A DNA stretch of 64,000 nucleotides from an uncultured bacterium. Lineage in GTDB: Bacteria; Patescibacteriota; Minisyncoccia; Phycocordibacterales; UBA9973. The position numbers were made by a program, and so were the translations under genes. This document shows, in pieces, positions 35,562-45,904 of this stretch (position 1 is its first letter; each line of letters starts with the position of its first letter). A model generated the notes under the pieces. That model was given only the letters and a program-made list of their open reading frames with translations, had not been told where the DNA came from and searched no databases. The stretch is taken from positions 155,624 to 219,623 of the forward strand of contig CAITGV010000001.1 of the NCBI GenBank assembly GCA_903892035.1, written 5' to 3'.

Positions 35562-35593
35562 AAAGGGCTCGGAACATTTGTTCCGAGCCCTTT
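35562..35593. terminator. bidirectional intrinsic terminator (perfect 32-nt palindrome)
   Basis: AAAGGGCUCGGAACA-UU-UGUUCCGAGCCCUUU lies between convergent genes. Confidence 0.75.
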
Positions 35594-35611
35594 GCTTACT
35601 ACTTTTTGACG

Positions 35612-36094
35612 TTAATTTATAAAACCAAATCTTGCGATTTCGTTTTTTTTCATTAAAGTTGAAAAAGGGATTTTGTTTTTCAGCAAAACCTCATTTTTGA
35701 TATGGCAATCAACTTCCATACCAGATTTAGTTTTGACTACAACCTTGTGTCCGCCCATAGCAAAATCACGTTCTGCCTGACCAATCACAGTCACTTCAAA
35801 CATGTTGTTTGAAGAACTATCATCAATCCTGCCATATCTTGCGATTTGGTTTTTCTTCATTTCTGCTTGAAAAGGTATTGTGTTGTTGAACAATAAACCT
35901 TCGGAAATGATAGATGTCACAGAGTCACCACTTTCAGTAACGGCGATTACTTTGTAGTGACCAACAAGTTGATCAAATCCTTCATTACTCACAACTGTTA
36001 CTTTGTAAGTACCGGCACTTTTTGTTTTGCTTGAATTACAAGCGCTCATTACTATAACTACGATAGCAAATAAGCAAATCATTAAATTTCTCAT
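35612..36094 (-). CDS. putative lipoprotein with tandem internal duplication
   Basis: Lipobox VMSAC. Repeats LLFNNTIPFQAEMKKNQIARYGRI and VLLKNKIPFSTLMKKNEIARFGFI. Confidence 0.5.
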   Translation of the reverse strand: MRNLMICLFAIVVIVMSACNSSKTKSAGTYKVTVVSNEGFDQLVGHYKVIAVTESGDSVTSIISEGLLFNNTIPFQAEMKKNQIARYGRIDDSSSNNMFEVTVIGQAERDFAMGGHKVVVKTKSGMEVDCHIKNEVLLKNKIPFSTLMKKNEIARFGFIN

Positions 36095-36125
36095 TTTTCT
36101 AATTTTTTAATTGTTTAACTATTTA

Positions 36126-36178
36126 TTTTATTTTACGTTTCTCTCAAAAACCCTTAAAGTTGCTGAGAGAAACGTAAA
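36126..36178. promoter_or_regulatory. 16-bp perfect inverted repeat (UUUUACGUUUCUCUCA...UGAGAGAAACGUAAAA) in a divergent intergenic region
   Basis: Lies between the lipoprotein gene start and pyrE. Operator or attenuator candidate. Confidence 0.35.
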
Positions 36179-36290
36179 ATTCAATTAAAAAATCAATGTT
36201 TTCAACGAACTATATTACTCTACAAGTATAGCATATAAATATCTAAAAGTCAAGTAGTGTAATTCCCTATTTTACCTATATAATACAAGC

Positions 36291-37022
36291 ATGAATTCAA
36301 AAGAAAATCTCGAAAGTATTGCAAATAAGTTGGCGGAAATTGGTTTTAAAATTGGAGCAATAAAATTTAATCCAGAAGTGCCTTTCACTTGGGCATCGGG
36401 ATTGAAAAGTCCAATTTACAATGACAATAGAATGTTTTTATTTCACCCTGATGCTAGAAAATTAATTATTGATGGTTTGGAAATTTTGGCGACTGATGCA
36501 TTTAGTGAAAATGAAAATAATAGACCTGATGTAGTAGCCGGAACTTCCACTGCAGGTATTCCACACGGCTACGGACTCGCAGAGCGCCTAGGAGTGCCAT
36601 TTATATATGTACGCGACAAGCCAAAAGGCCACGGTCTACAAAACCAAATTGAAGGCATCGATGCAAGTAGTGATTTGAGTGGTAAAAAAGTTTTACTTAT
36701 CGAAGACTTGGTTTCAACAGGAGGATCAAGTGTAAATGCGGTGCAAGCAATACGAAATGCAAAAGGAGAAATTAATTATTGTTTCTCAATTTTTTCTTAC
36801 GGCTTTCCAAAAGCAAATGAAGTATTTGGTGGCACAGCTCCATACAATAAAGACGGCGCAAAACTTTCAGTGCCTTGCAATTTCGACTCAATTCTTCGCT
36901 ACCCTACACTTTTAGAATTTGGTATAAAAAATAATTACCTAAAAGAAAATCAAGAAAACATCTTGAAAGACTGGGCGCAAAACCCAGAAGCTTGGTCAGA
37001 AAAATTTCAAGCCGAAAGCTAA
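36291..37022 (+). CDS. pyrE: orotate phosphoribosyltransferase
   Basis: PRPP-binding motif VLLIEDLVSTGGS and collinear OPRTase pattern. Confidence 0.8.
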   Translation: MNSKENLESIANKLAEIGFKIGAIKFNPEVPFTWASGLKSPIYNDNRMFLFHPDARKLIIDGLEILATDAFSENENNRPDVVAGTSTAGIPHGYGLAERLGVPFIYVRDKPKGHGLQNQIEGIDASSDLSGKKVLLIEDLVSTGGSSVNAVQAIRNAKGEINYCFSIFSYGFPKANEVFGGTAPYNKDGAKLSVPCNFDSILRYPTLLEFGIKNNYLKENQENILKDWAQNPEAWSEKFQAES

Positions 37023-37408
37023 AAGAAAGGAATAAAATATGGTAGAAAAACTATCAGTCCGATAGCTAGTGCAATTGTGGAAGCGATGAGCACTGCCCCT
37101 GCGGCTACGTCCTTTGTATCGCGCGCATAAGGGTGATATTCGGAGCAGGTGAGGTTTATATCGATCTCTACAGCTGTATTTACCGCTTCTGCGACGAATA
37201 CAAGGCCGATAGAAAGTATTATTGCAAGCCATTCACTTTGTGTTATATGAAAAGAAAATCCTAGACCAATTGCAGAGATACCAAGCAAAATGTGAATCCA
37301 TGCATTTGGAGTAGTGGCAATAAAAATCCGTATTCCCCGCACCGCATGAGTAAAACTCCTCGCTCTCTTCACGACACTAAACGCTTCTTTTTCTTTTGGA
37401 GATTCCAT
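37019..37408 (-). CDS. dgkA: diacylglycerol/undecaprenol kinase (DgkA family)
   Basis: 3-TM ~125-aa protein with the DgkA pattern (...RIF.AT.NA.IH.....E.). Confidence 0.7.
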   Translation of the reverse strand: MESPKEKEAFSVVKRARSFTHAVRGIRIFIATTPNAWIHILLGISAIGLGFSFHITQSEWLAIILSIGLVFVAEAVNTAVEIDINLTCSEYHPYARDTKDVAAGAVLIASTIALAIGLIVFLPYFIPFF

Positions 37409-37424
37409 GTGGGTATTATACTAC

Positions 37425-37468
37425 AAAACAAAAAAAACTCTCCTTTCGGAGAGTTTTTTTTGTTTTGT
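37425..37468. terminator. bidirectional intrinsic terminator immediately after rplB
   Basis: AAAACAAAAAAAACUCUCC-UUUC-GGAGAGUUUUUUUUGUUUUG. Confidence 0.75.
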
Positions 37469-37477
37469 TTAAAAATT

Positions 37478-38323
37478 TTAACCTTTTCTTTTCTTTCCGA
37501 CGACTCGGCGAGAAACGATGAATTGATTTGAGTATTTCTTTGGAGTGCGAGTCTTTCGTCCACCTGTAACCTTACCCCACATAGTCTTTGGTCGGCGTGT
37601 TCCGCGTCCTTGGCGTCCTTCACCTCCTCCGTATGGGTGATCAACTGGGTTCATCACACTACCACGGACTGTTGGGCGAATACCTTTGTGGCGTGAGCGT
37701 CCAGCTTTTCCGAAATTCATAAGTTTGTATTCTTCATTTGAAACTTCACCAATACATGCCCAGCAATTTTCTGAAACTTTTCGAACTTCACTTGATGGCA
37801 TTTTTACGTTTGTATAACCGTCAGCATTTGCGACTACTTGAGCAAAAATTCCTGCAGAACGAGCAATCTTTGCACCTCCTTTTGGTTTAATTTCCACATT
37901 GTAAACAAATGTTCCAACAGGTATAAGGTGAAGTGGAAGACGATTTCCAGCTGTAAGGTTTGCTTTTTCAGATACGATGAAAGTGTCGCCAACCTTCAAT
38001 GATTTTGGTGTAAGCACATAACGCTTTTCACCATCAGCATAATTTACAAGAGAAATAAAACTAGAACGGTTTGGATCGTATTCGATAGAAGTGATTTTTG
38101 CTGGAATATCAATTTTGTTATAAAGAAAATCAACTTCACGATAAGCACGCTTGTGACCTCCACCCTTGTGGCGAGTTGTAATGCGTCCTTGATTATTTCG
38201 GCCAACACTTCGCTTTACACCTTTTGTAAGAGGCTTGTGAGCTGTATGTCCTGAAAGCACTCCACGGTAAGTAACTGTGGTCATGCTTCGGCGAGATGGA
38301 GTTGTAGGTCTGTAGGATTTCAT
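37478..38323 (-). CDS. rplB: 50S ribosomal protein L2
   Basis: Pattern and position. Confidence 0.95.
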   Translation of the reverse strand: MKSYRPTTPSRRSMTTVTYRGVLSGHTAHKPLTKGVKRSVGRNNQGRITTRHKGGGHKRAYREVDFLYNKIDIPAKITSIEYDPNRSSFISLVNYADGEKRYVLTPKSLKVGDTFIVSEKANLTAGNRLPLHLIPVGTFVYNVEIKPKGGAKIARSAGIFAQVVANADGYTNVKMPSSEVRKVSENCWACIGEVSNEEYKLMNFGKAGRSRHKGIRPTVRGSVMNPVDHPYGGGEGRQGRGTRRPKTMWGKVTGGRKTRTPKKYSNQFIVSRRVVGKKRKG

Positions 38324-38328
38324 ATATT

Positions 38329-38703
38329 TTAAATAAATTCTATTTTATCTTCTTTCTTTAAATAAACAACGGCTTTTTTACCACCGCCACGAACACCTTT
38401 TTTACCACGAACAATTACATTCTTTTTTTCAATTGGTGTAATGTTGATTTTCAAAGGCTTCACTTTATACAAAGCAAGAATTGCTTTTTCTACTTCTTGT
38501 TTTGTTGAACGTTCTGATACTTCAAAAGTGTAAGCATTGTCTCGCTCCATAACCATTGCAGCTTTTTCTGTAATTCTTGGACGAATAATTACACCTGCAT
38601 AATTTGAAGCTCCTGCTGTAATTTCAGTCTTTGCGACAACTGCTTTAGCTTTCTTTGTTGTCTTTTTCTCTGCCTTTTCTTTTGTAACTTTTTTTATAGC
38701 CAT
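38329..38703 (-). CDS. rplW: 50S ribosomal protein L23 (with K/A-rich N-terminal extension)
   Basis: Core L23 pattern. Confidence 0.85.
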   Translation of the reverse strand: MAIKKVTKEKAEKKTTKKAKAVVAKTEITAGASNYAGVIIRPRITEKAAMVMERDNAYTFEVSERSTKQEVEKAILALYKVKPLKINITPIEKKNVIVRGKKGVRGGGKKAVVYLKKEDKIEFI

Positions 38704-38716
38704 ATATTTTTAAAAA

Positions 38717-39379
38717 TTATGCATTCTTTGAAGCTAAGAATTTCAAACTCTCTTCTGGATTTGCAACAATTAAATATTTGTAAGACAAAACTTCAACCGG
38801 ATTGATATTTGAAATTGTTCCGTAAACTACTGGTGGCAAATTGCGGAAGCTCTTTTCCAAAGTAGCATCTTTTTTTGCAAATGATAAAAATGCAACTGCC
38901 TTTTTTGAAGTTCCAAGTCTTTCAAAACCAGAAACCTTCGCAAGTGATTTCAAAACTTCATTTGCATCTTTTGTTTTTATTTTATCGAAAGACAAAGTAT
39001 CAACAAAAAGAATTTGTCCTTTGCGATTCTTTTCTGAAAGTGCAGTATAGAGAGCTTTTGTCTTCATCTTTTTATTGATTTTCTTTTTGTAACTCTTTTC
39101 AGCAAGAGGACCGTGAGTCACTCCTCCACCACGCCAGATTGGTGAACGTGTAGATCCATGACGAGCACGTCCTGTTCCTTTTTGTTTCCAAGGTTTCTTT
39201 CCTCCACCAGAAACTTCACCGCGAGTTCGAGCATTTGCAGTACCTGCGCGTTTGTTGCTCATCATACTTGTGACGACTTGGTGCACGAGATCAGAATTCC
39301 ACTTCAAGCCAAAAATTTCTTCTGGCAATGCGAGTGTTGAAACTTCTTTTCCTTTTTGATTGTATACTTTTGCTTCCAT
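38717..39379 (-). CDS. rplD: 50S ribosomal protein L4
   Basis: L4 pattern. The likely start is MEAKVY; the listed ORF extends 28 codons upstream into rplC. Confidence 0.9.
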   Translation of the reverse strand: MEAKVYNQKGKEVSTLALPEEIFGLKWNSDLVHQVVTSMMSNKRAGTANARTRGEVSGGGKKPWKQKGTGRARHGSTRSPIWRGGGVTHGPLAEKSYKKKINKKMKTKALYTALSEKNRKGQILFVDTLSFDKIKTKDANEVLKSLAKVSGFERLGTSKKAVAFLSFAKKDATLEKSFRNLPPVVYGTISNINPVEVLSYKYLIVANPEESLKFLASKNA

Positions 39380-39383
39380 AAAA

Positions 39384-40001
39384 TTATTTTCCTTGGATAT
39401 AGAGAACTGTGCCGCGACGTCCAGGCACTGCACCACTGATAAGCAAACTCTGTGTGTCGGCATCGATTGCTAGCACTTTCAAGTTTTTGACTGTAACTGT
39501 ATCACTTCCCATTCTTCCAGCCATACGCATTCCTTTTGGAACACGTGTACGAAGACCTCCACCGATTGATCCAGGTTCGCGCTCAGAGTGTTTCTGACCG
39601 TGAGAGCGTGGTCCTCCGTGGAAACCATGGCGTTTTACAACACCTTGGAAGCCTTTACCTTTTGTGACGCCAGTGACTGTGATCTTGTCACCTGGAGCAA
39701 AAACTGAAAAGTCGATAACATCTCCGCGTTTCATTGTACCGGCAATTTCAGGAGTGATGCGGAATTCTTTCAAACTTGAAAAGTTTCCAAGTTCTTTCAT
39801 GTGGCCTTTTTGAGCTTTATTGATTCTCTTTGTATTTCGTACACCTGCACCTACTTGCACAGCGCAATATCCATCTGTGTCTTTTGCTTTCACTTGCGTG
39901 ACGACAGCAGGACCTGTAGCAACAATTGTCGCAGGGAAAACGCGACCTTCACTGTCGAAATACTGAGTCATATTTTGTTTTTTTCCAATAGCGAGCTTCA
40001 T
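39384..40001 (-). CDS. rplC: 50S ribosomal protein L3
   Basis: Pattern and position. Confidence 0.9.
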   Translation of the reverse strand: MKLAIGKKQNMTQYFDSEGRVFPATIVATGPAVVTQVKAKDTDGYCAVQVGAGVRNTKRINKAQKGHMKELGNFSSLKEFRITPEIAGTMKRGDVIDFSVFAPGDKITVTGVTKGKGFQGVVKRHGFHGGPRSHGQKHSEREPGSIGGGLRTRVPKGMRMAGRMGSDTVTVKNLKVLAIDADTQSLLISGAVPGRRGTVLYIQGK

Positions 40002-40013
40002 AGGATTTTCAGA

Positions 40014-40385
40014 TTACATCATTTTAACATCGATATCGACTCCTGACGGTAAATTAAGATTTGTCAGAGCTTCAATTGTTTTTGCATTTGGGTTCAAGAT
40101 GTCGATAAGACGTTTGTGCGTTCGCATTTCAAACTGCTCGCGAGTATTCTTGTAAACAAACGATGCACGGTTGACTGTATATTTTTTGATTTCTGTTGGC
40201 AATGGCGTAGGACCGATAATTGTAGCGTCATAACGACGTGCAGTATCGATAATCTGCTTTACTGAAGCATCGAGAATTTTATTCTCGTACGCGCGCACTC
40301 GAATACGTAGCTTTACCACGCCTTCTTCTTTGGTGTCAGATTTCTTTGCGCGTGCGATCTTCGGTTTTACAGTTGCTGTTGTCAT
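40014..40385 (-). CDS. rpsJ: 30S ribosomal protein S10
   Basis: Pattern and position. Confidence 0.9.
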   Translation of the reverse strand: MTTATVKPKIARAKKSDTKEEGVVKLRIRVRAYENKILDASVKQIIDTARRYDATIIGPTPLPTEIKKYTVNRASFVYKNTREQFEMRTHKRLIDILNPNAKTIEALTNLNLPSGVDIDVKMM

Positions 40386-40410
40386 AAGAACAAAAAATAA
40401 CTATTAATAA

Positions 40411-41604
40411 TTAAGCAATAATTTTAGTAACAACTCCTGCTCCAACTGTCTTGCCTCCTTCACGGATAGCGAAACGCTGTTGAGCTTCTAGGGCGACTGG
40501 AGTTACGAGTTTAACTGTAAGCTTTACTGTGTCTCCTGGCATAACCATTTCAACTCCTTCTGGAAGTTTTGATTCACCAGTAACGTCTGTAGTTCGGATG
40601 TAGAATTGAGGCTTGTAACCATTGAAGAATGGAGTGTGGCGACCACCTTCTTCTTTCTTTAAGATGTAAACTTCACATTCGAATTCTGAGTGAGGAGTTA
40701 CAGTACCTGTCTTTGCAAGAACTTGTCCACGAGTAAGATCTTCTTTCTTTGCTCCGCGTAGAAGAATACCAGCATTGTCGCCAGCCATTCCTTCTTGGAG
40801 ATTCTTGTTAAACATTTCAATACCTGTAACAACTGTCTTTGATGTTGGTTTAATACCGACGATTTCAACTTCCTCACCAACTTTAATGACACCTCTTTCA
40901 ATACGGCCAGTAACAACTGTTCCACGGCCTTCAATTGAGAAGATATCTTCGATTGGCATAAGGAATGGCTTTGTAACATCGCGTTCTGGAACTGGGATGT
41001 AAGTATCCAAAGCATCTACGAGGTCAAGCACTTTCTTTGCCCATTCATCTTCAACTGAAGTTGATTCTAGAGCTTTTAGAGCTGAACCACGGATAACTGG
41101 ACAACCTGCGCCGTCAAAACCTTGTTTTGTAAGTAGTTCTCGTACTTCTTCTTCAACCATGTCTATCATATCTTTGTCATCAACCATGTCGCACTTGTTG
41201 AGGAATACGATAATTCTTGGCACACCAACTTGTTTTGCAAGAAGGATGTGTTCACGTGTTTGTGGCATTGCACCATCTGTAGCTGCAACCACGATAATAG
41301 CACCGTCCATTTGAGCAGCACCAGTAATCATGTTTTTGATGTAGTCAGCGTGTCCTGGAGCATCAATGTGAGCATAGTGACGAGAGTCAGACGCATACTC
41401 GTTGTGAGAAAGAGCGATCGTGATACCACGAGCCTTTTCTTCTGGAGCAGAGTCGATTTGGTCAACTCCTTTCATCTTAACTGTTTTACCTGCCATGTTT
41501 AGAACATGCAAAATAGCCGCAGTAAGAGTAGTCTTACCGTGGTCAACGTGACCGATTGTTCCCACATTTACGTGTGGCTTATCTCTTTTAAATTCTTCTG
41601 CCAT
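40411..41604 (-). CDS. tuf: elongation factor Tu
   Basis: [18 protein letters not shown] motifs. Confidence 0.97.
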   Translation of the reverse strand: MAEEFKRDKPHVNVGTIGHVDHGKTTLTAAILHVLNMAGKTVKMKGVDQIDSAPEEKARGITIALSHNEYASDSRHYAHIDAPGHADYIKNMITGAAQMDGAIIVVAATDGAMPQTREHILLAKQVGVPRIIVFLNKCDMVDDKDMIDMVEEEVRELLTKQGFDGAGCPVIRGSALKALESTSVEDEWAKKVLDLVDALDTYIPVPERDVTKPFLMPIEDIFSIEGRGTVVTGRIERGVIKVGEEVEIVGIKPTSKTVVTGIEMFNKNLQEGMAGDNAGILLRGAKKEDLTRGQVLAKTGTVTPHSEFECEVYILKKEEGGRHTPFFNGYKPQFYIRTTDVTGESKLPEGVEMVMPGDTVKLTVKLVTPVALEAQQRFAIREGGKTVGAGVVTKIIA

Positions 41605-41767
41605 ATGATTTTGTTTTTAACAATGGGAATCAAACGTACGAGAACGATGAGCTTAATTCCAACTGCTAATAATATATTAAATTTATAATAACCGCACAAA
41701 GTGCGACGTCTAGCCATAGTAGCAAATTTAAAACTATTGTCAAATATTCAACCAGTAGGCAAAACAA

Positions 41768-41799
41768 AAGGCCATCGAGTGGATACGTGGCCTTTGGTC
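41768..41799 (-). terminator. intrinsic terminator (minus strand) downstream of ORF 41823..42203
   Basis: AAAGGCCA...UGGCCUUU stem followed by UUUUGUUUUG on the minus strand. Confidence 0.6.
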
Positions 41800-41822
41800 T
41801 TAATTCACAAGTAAGATTACTG

Positions 41823-42203
41823 CTAAATTTTCTTCTCCAGTTTTGAAATGGCGTTTTCCGTTTCAGTAATCATTTCCTGCCATTCTGTTTTGCTTATAAC
41901 TATACGAAATTTTTTATTACTAAGAACAAATAAATAGTTTTCAAGGTAATTGCTACCTTCATAAGCCATACAGATTTGATGTGATGTTTCAGCCAATAAT
42001 TCTCGCGAATGTTTGGCTTGTAAAGTTTTCGCACAATTTCCTTTAAAGGATTCATGCAGTACACCTTTTTCGTAACCTTGAAAAGTTACTTTGCTTTCCA
42101 ATGAAGGATTATGTTTTTCCTTCAATACTTTTAAAAACATCTCCAGCAAGTTAATTCCTGAATTAACAGCTAGTTTTTCTAGTTTTTCGGATTCTTGTAC
42201 CAT
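41823..42203 (-). CDS. hypothetical protein (126 aa) inserted between fusA and tuf
   Basis: ORF with no motif; flanked by terminators. Confidence 0.4.
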   Translation of the reverse strand: MVQESEKLEKLAVNSGINLLEMFLKVLKEKHNPSLESKVTFQGYEKGVLHESFKGNCAKTLQAKHSRELLAETSHQICMAYEGSNYLENYLFVLSNKKFRIVISKTEWQEMITETENAISKLEKKI

Positions 42204-42275
42204 TTGTGTAAAATTTTATTAAGTTAAAGAAATGTTTATTACATATAAAACATTACTCTTTTTTGCATAAATAGC

Positions 42276-42303
42276 AAACCCCTCCTTTTTGAGGAGGGGT
42301 CTA
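42276..42303 (-). terminator. intrinsic terminator downstream of fusA
   Basis: AAACCCCUCC-UUUUUGA-GGAGGGGU followed by a U-rich tract on the minus strand. Confidence 0.65.
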
Positions 42304-42327
42304 CGGTAGCAACCGAGGGGGTGGTGG

Positions 42328-44481
42328 CTATTTTCTTGCTTCAATAATTGTCGTTGCGACGTTTTGAGGAACAATGTCGTAACGGAGGAATTCCATTGTG
42401 AATCCTGCGCGACCTTCGGTCATTGAGCGAAGTGATGTCATGTAGCCAAACATTTCAGAAAGTGGAACAACAGCTTTCACAACTTTATTCATTCCACGCT
42501 CTTCCATACCTTCGATAAGTCCACGTTTTGAAGAAAGGTTTCCAGTCACATCTCCCATAAATTTCTCTGGAGTTATAACTTCAACTTTCATCATAGGTTC
42601 AAGGATAACTGGTTTTGCTTGTTTACAAGCGTCTTGAATAGCCATTGAAGAAGCAATTTTGAAAGCCATTTCGTTTGAGTCCACTTCGTGATAACTTCCA
42701 TCCCAAAGGTTTACAGAAACATTGACCATTTTAAATCCAGCAAGAACTCCACGATCGAGACCTTCTCGGAATCCTTTTTCACAAGGCGCGATATATTCTT
42801 GTGGAATAACTCCTCCTTTGATTGTGTTGATAAATTCGAAATGAGAATCGCGTTTTGTATTCTTTGGTAAATCTTCAATATCCTCTTTTGTAAGAGTCAT
42901 ATCCATTGGCTTCACTTTAATCTTCACGTGACCGTAGTTACCGCGTCCACCAGATTGTTTAATGTATTTACCTTCAACATCTGCAGAACCAGTAATTGTT
43001 TCGCGATATGCAACCTGAGGTTTACCGACATTTGCTTCCACGGTAAATTCACGCTTCATACGATCAACAATAATTTCCAAGTGAAGTTCTCCCATTCCAG
43101 CAATAATTGTTTCGCCAGTTTCTTGATCTGTTGAAACTTTAAATGTTGGGTCTTCTTGTGCAAGACGGTTGAGCGCCATACCCATTTTTTCCTGGTCAGC
43201 TTTTGTCTTTGGTTCAATACGTAGAGAGATCACAGGCTCTGGGAAGACGATACGGTCGAGCTCGATAGGATTTTCTTCATTACACAAAGTATCTGAAGTG
43301 ATAGTATCTTTAAGTCCTACAGCTGCAGCAATTTCTCCAGCAAAAACTTTTTTCACTTCTTCACGATCGTTTGCATGCATTCGTAAAATACGTCCAATGC
43401 GTTCTTTGTTGCGAGTACGAGGATTGTAAACATATGAACCTGCTTCAAGTGTACCAGAATAAACGCGGAAGAAAATTAATTGTCCAACGAATGGATCTGT
43501 TGCAACTTTGAAAGCGAGCGCTGAGAAAGGTTCTTTGTCATCAGCATGGCGAGCAATAGCTTCATCGTTGTCAGGATTTACTCCAGTGATAGGTGGGATG
43601 TCCATTGGAGATGGAAGATAATCTACCACAGCATCGAGCACGAGCTGGACTCCTTTGTTCTTCAAAGCAGAACCAGCAAAAACTGGGAAGATTTTATTTG
43701 CAATAACAGCTTTACGCATTGTCTTTTTTAAAGTTGCGTAATCTGGAATTTTTCCATCCAAATATTCTGTCATCAATGTGTCATCTGTCTCAACAATTTT
43801 TTCTATAAGTTCACCGTGAAATTTTTCTGCTTCGGCTTTGTATTCTTCGGGAATTTCTTTTTCAAGAACTTTATTTCCCATTTCTCCTTCGAAATAGTAA
43901 GCTTTCATTCCTAGTAGGTCAATGACTCCTTCATGCTTTTCTTCAAGACCAATAGGAATTTGCATTCTAATAGCATTTTTTGAAAGACGATCCAAAATTG
44001 TTTTATATGAATGTTCAAAAGAAGCACCAGTACGGTCGAGTTTGTTTACAAAACAAATACGAGGAACATTTGCTTCGTCAGCATAGCGCCAGTTTGTTTC
44101 AGATTGAGGTTCAACTCCAGCAACTCCGTCGAAAACAACAACAGCGCCGTCGAGCACGCGTAGTGATCTTTTCACCTCAACAGTAAAGTCGATGTGCCCA
44201 GGAGTGTCGATAATATTGAAACGAACCTTTTTTGATTTATCTTTTTGGTCAGCGTAAGTCGGTGTCCAAAAACATGTGATAGCAGCAGAAGTAATAGTAA
44301 TCCCGCGCTCTCGTTCTTGCTCCATCCAGTCTGTTGTAGTCTCACCGTCGTGCACTTCACCTATTTTGTGTGACACTCCAGTGTAAAAAAGCACACGTTC
44401 TGATGTGGTAGTTTTACCAGCGTCAATGTGCGCAATAATTCCAAAATTTCTAACTTTTTCTAGTGGGTAATCTCGTTCCAT
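42328..44481 (-). CDS. fusA: elongation factor G
   Basis: [14 protein letters not shown] and EF-G domain IV/V pattern; 717 aa. Confidence 0.97.
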   Translation of the reverse strand: MERDYPLEKVRNFGIIAHIDAGKTTTSERVLFYTGVSHKIGEVHDGETTTDWMEQERERGITITSAAITCFWTPTYADQKDKSKKVRFNIIDTPGHIDFTVEVKRSLRVLDGAVVVFDGVAGVEPQSETNWRYADEANVPRICFVNKLDRTGASFEHSYKTILDRLSKNAIRMQIPIGLEEKHEGVIDLLGMKAYYFEGEMGNKVLEKEIPEEYKAEAEKFHGELIEKIVETDDTLMTEYLDGKIPDYATLKKTMRKAVIANKIFPVFAGSALKNKGVQLVLDAVVDYLPSPMDIPPITGVNPDNDEAIARHADDKEPFSALAFKVATDPFVGQLIFFRVYSGTLEAGSYVYNPRTRNKERIGRILRMHANDREEVKKVFAGEIAAAVGLKDTITSDTLCNEENPIELDRIVFPEPVISLRIEPKTKADQEKMGMALNRLAQEDPTFKVSTDQETGETIIAGMGELHLEIIVDRMKREFTVEANVGKPQVAYRETITGSADVEGKYIKQSGGRGNYGHVKIKVKPMDMTLTKEDIEDLPKNTKRDSHFEFINTIKGGVIPQEYIAPCEKGFREGLDRGVLAGFKMVNVSVNLWDGSYHEVDSNEMAFKIASSMAIQDACKQAKPVILEPMMKVEVITPEKFMGDVTGNLSSKRGLIEGMEERGMNKVVKAVVPLSEMFGYMTSLRSMTEGRAGFTMEFLRYDIVPQNVATTIIEARK

Positions 44482-44565
44482 ATATAAAATAATTAATAAT
44501 TAAAAAATAGACATCCCTGTCTTTAGTACAAAGACTATACGACATTTCGGCTTTTTTTGCAAATA

Positions 44566-44597
44566 CTAAAAACCCCACCGAGAGCGGGGTTTTTAGT
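44566..44597. terminator. bidirectional intrinsic terminator
   Basis: AAAAACCCCACC-GAGA-GCGGGGUUUUUAG. Confidence 0.7.
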
Positions 44598-44612
44598 ATT
44601 GAATTAATATTT

Positions 44613-45092
44613 TTACTTAGCGGGAGGTGTTTTTAACATTTTGTCGATTAAGGTACGCGTATTTATATCCATATTACCGGTACTTGGAATACCATTTATA
44701 GACTGAAACTTGGAGAGCGAGCGATTGTTTGCAATTGTAGCACTTGGTGGACAAGGTGCGTTAAAAAACTGGTATGTTATATACTGATTACCTTGTGAAT
44801 CTGTATTTAAGAACCAAAAATAACAACCCCCGTCGCCATTGGAAGTGCCTAGGAAGGTACCTTCAACAGGATACTTACATGGCAAAGTACCGCCAAAATT
44901 TGTTGCAAGGTTATCAGTACATGCCCCGCCATTTACTATAGTACTTGCTTTTGTTCCATTTGTTACGGCATTTGCTACTGCGCCAGTCTGACCAGTGTCT
45001 GGTTTATTCATGCTCGAAGAGACTAAGTAACCGGCGATAAATACAACGATGACTAAGAGAATTATTTTAAAAGTGTTATTCGAACTTTGCAT
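44613..45092 (-). CDS. membrane-anchored secreted Cys-containing hypothetical protein
   Basis: N-terminal TM anchor and a Gly/Thr-rich ectodomain with 6 Cys. Confidence 0.45.
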   Translation of the reverse strand: MQSSNNTFKIILLVIVVFIAGYLVSSSMNKPDTGQTGAVANAVTNGTKASTIVNGGACTDNLATNFGGTLPCKYPVEGTFLGTSNGDGGCYFWFLNTDSQGNQYITYQFFNAPCPPSATIANNRSLSKFQSINGIPSTGNMDINTRTLIDKMLKTPPAK

Positions 45093-45154
45093 AAATTTTA
45101 TAATTTATAGATTAATAATTAGAAACGACCTTGAAACTTAAGAAACTAATACCG

Positions 45155-45303
45155 TAAGTGTAACCCCCCCATAGCGACTTGTCAACGGAAGTTATACACA
45201 AATGCAGGCAAACACAGAAAATGCTTAGCATTTCAGCCTTCCTCAATGAGTACATTGACCTACTGGGTTGACAAGGGAAGGTGTCCGAAGGACGGATGGG
45301 TTT
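45155..45303. repeat. palindromic repeat element, copy F (about 150 bp)
   Basis: AACCCCCCC...AAAUGC...CCUUCC-[CAAUGAG..CAUUG insert]-GGGAAGG and tail CGAAGGACGGAUGGGUUU. Shares a core with copy D, and an insert with copy E in inverted orientation. Confidence 0.65.
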
Positions 45304-45340
45304 AAAAAACAAAAACTTCCCTAAGGAAGTTTTTGTTTAG
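45304..45340. terminator. bidirectional intrinsic terminator downstream of rpsG
   Basis: AAAAAACAAAAACUUCC-CUAA-GGAAGUUUUUGUUU. Confidence 0.75.
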
Positions 45341-45391
45341 ATTTAGATTACCCATTCGACTACGCTCAGGGTAAAAATTGCTAGGCAATTT

Positions 45392-45862
45392 TTACCAAGC
45401 AAAGTGCGCAAATGCTTTGTTTGACTCTGCCATTTTGTGAGTATCATCACGCTTCTTCACTGCTGAGCCTTCGTTCTTTGAAGCTGAAATAAGTTCATCG
45501 GCAAGCTTGATATGCATTGGTTGGCCTTTCTTTGAAGATGCTGCATCTTTGATCCAACGCATAGCAAGAGCTAAACGGCGTTCTGGACGAACTTCTCTTG
45601 GAACCTGGTAGTTTGCTCCACCGATACGGCGAGAACGAACTTCTGTCATTGGACCTGCGTTTTTTATAGCCATATCGAAAACTTCGAGAGGATTTGGATT
45701 GCCAGTCTTTTCTTTGATTACATCAAAAGCTTTGTAAACAACTTTACGAGCTGTTTCTTTTTTACCAGAATCCATAATACAGTTTATGAATTTAGCGAGC
45801 TTTGGAGAATTGTATACATTGTCCGGCTCTGGAATATTTCGATTTTTTACTTTTCGTCTCAT
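45392..45862 (-). CDS. rpsG: 30S ribosomal protein S7
   Basis: Pattern and position. Confidence 0.95.
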   Translation of the reverse strand: MRRKVKNRNIPEPDNVYNSPKLAKFINCIMDSGKKETARKVVYKAFDVIKEKTGNPNPLEVFDMAIKNAGPMTEVRSRRIGGANYQVPREVRPERRLALAMRWIKDAASSKKGQPMHIKLADELISASKNEGSAVKKRDDTHKMAESNKAFAHFAW

Positions 45863-45904
45863 TTTTTAATTTAGAAATTAGTAATTAGATATTAGACATT
45901 TATC

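Noticed and set aside
24244-41688. Numerous short antisense ORFs inside secY, ribosomal-protein genes, tuf and fusA (e.g. 24290..24550, 30677..31150, 34499..34840, 40698..41015)
   Set aside because: They sit entirely within high-confidence conserved genes on the opposite strand or frame and are typical six-frame noise.
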